Of a DNA stretch of 64,000 bases, positions 63,323 through 64,000 are shown in pieces; position 1 is the stretch's first letter, and every line of letters starts with the position of its first letter. Origin of the DNA: Octopus bimaculoides. Lineage: Eukaryota. The notes below the pieces were generated by a model. It was not told the origin of the DNA and ran no database searches. It saw nothing but the letters and a program-made list of their open reading frames with translations. The translations under genes were made by a program, and so were the position numbers. Where the stretch lies: assembly GCF_001194135.2 (NCBI RefSeq), contig NC_068995.1, positions 3,349,213-3,413,212 on the forward strand, given 5' to 3'.

Positions 63323-64000
63323 ATAAATTGGTCACACTTCTACAATACACAGAATATTTTATTTAAACATCGAATGGCTATGAGGTTCCAGTGAGAGAGA
63401 AATAGNNNNNNNNNNNNNNNNNNNNNNNNNNNNNNNNNNNNNNNNNNNNNNNNNNNNNNNNNNNNNNNNNNNNNNNNNNNNNNNNNNNNNNNNNNNNNNN
63501 NNNNNNNNNNNNNNNNNNNNNNNNNNNNNNNNNNNNNNNNNNNNNNNNNNNNNNNNNNNNNNNNNNNNNNNNNNNNNNNNNNNNNNNNNNNNNNNNNNNN
63601 NNNNNNNNNNNNNNNNNNNNNNNNNNNNNNNNNNNNNNNNNNNNNNNNNNNNNNNNNNNNNNNNNNNNNNNNNNNNNNNNNNNNNNNNNNNNNNNNNNNN
63701 NNNNNNNNNNNNNNNNNNNNNNNNNNNNNNNNNNNNNNNNNNNNNNNNNNNNNNNNNNNNNNNNNNNNNNNNNNNNNNNNNNNNNNNNNNNNNNNNNNNN
63801 NNNNGTATCAATGGAACAGTCATTTCTGCCATTAATCTCAGGTTTTTTTTGGTTTTTTTTTCTGTGATATGTAGATAGGAAATGGCAGTATGTTAGGATT
63901 GAACCCAGATTTATGACTTACATTGGAGTCATGGAGCTTGTGAGCCATTCCATTCTGTAAAGGAGAAGAAAGAGTGGAAGAGGGGGAAAGGGAGAAGGAA

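Noticed and set aside
1-64000. CRISPR arrays, rRNA or prokaryotic operons
   Set aside because: None seen; the sequence is intron-rich animal DNA, and its repeats are SINEs, MITEs and microsatellites without repeat-spacer periodicity.

Overview
Eukaryotic, AT-rich, microsatellite- and repeat-dense genomic DNA with many N gaps. The recurring tRNA-derived SINE families and (TA)n/(CA)n/(ATT)n density look like Octopus (inference from recognition, no search run). Almost all ORF-track entries are microsatellite or gap artefacts. Two spliced, convergent protein genes are supported. (1) On + strand, the last three exons (7852-8001, 8770-8901, 12220-13229; all phase-1 junctions that join in frame) of an unidentified protein with a short helical segment and a long Ser-rich tail. 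(2) On - strand, a SWSAP1-like (Shu complex, RAD51-paralog-like) gene with exons at 61264-61378 and 43966-44051, a probable terminal exon at 33642-33772, and one exon I could not place. The rest is decayed RTE and R4-like LINE fragments, Tc1/mariner, hAT and piggyBac-like MITEs, and dozens of SINEs. The most interesting signal is not in the ORF track: four loci carry minimal type-I hammerhead ribozyme motifs with short or palindromic stem III (9605-9690, 25119-25162, 57206-57669, 60593-60709). One sits in the tail of a tRNA-headed SINE inserted as a head-to-head inverted dimer with an 11-bp TSD, which suggests Penelope-mobilised or retrozyme-like small RNAs. There is also a TSD-flanked insertion built of stacked snap-back hairpins (47149-47383) and several inverted repeats inside the SWSAP1 transcription unit that could be dsRNA/ADAR substrates.
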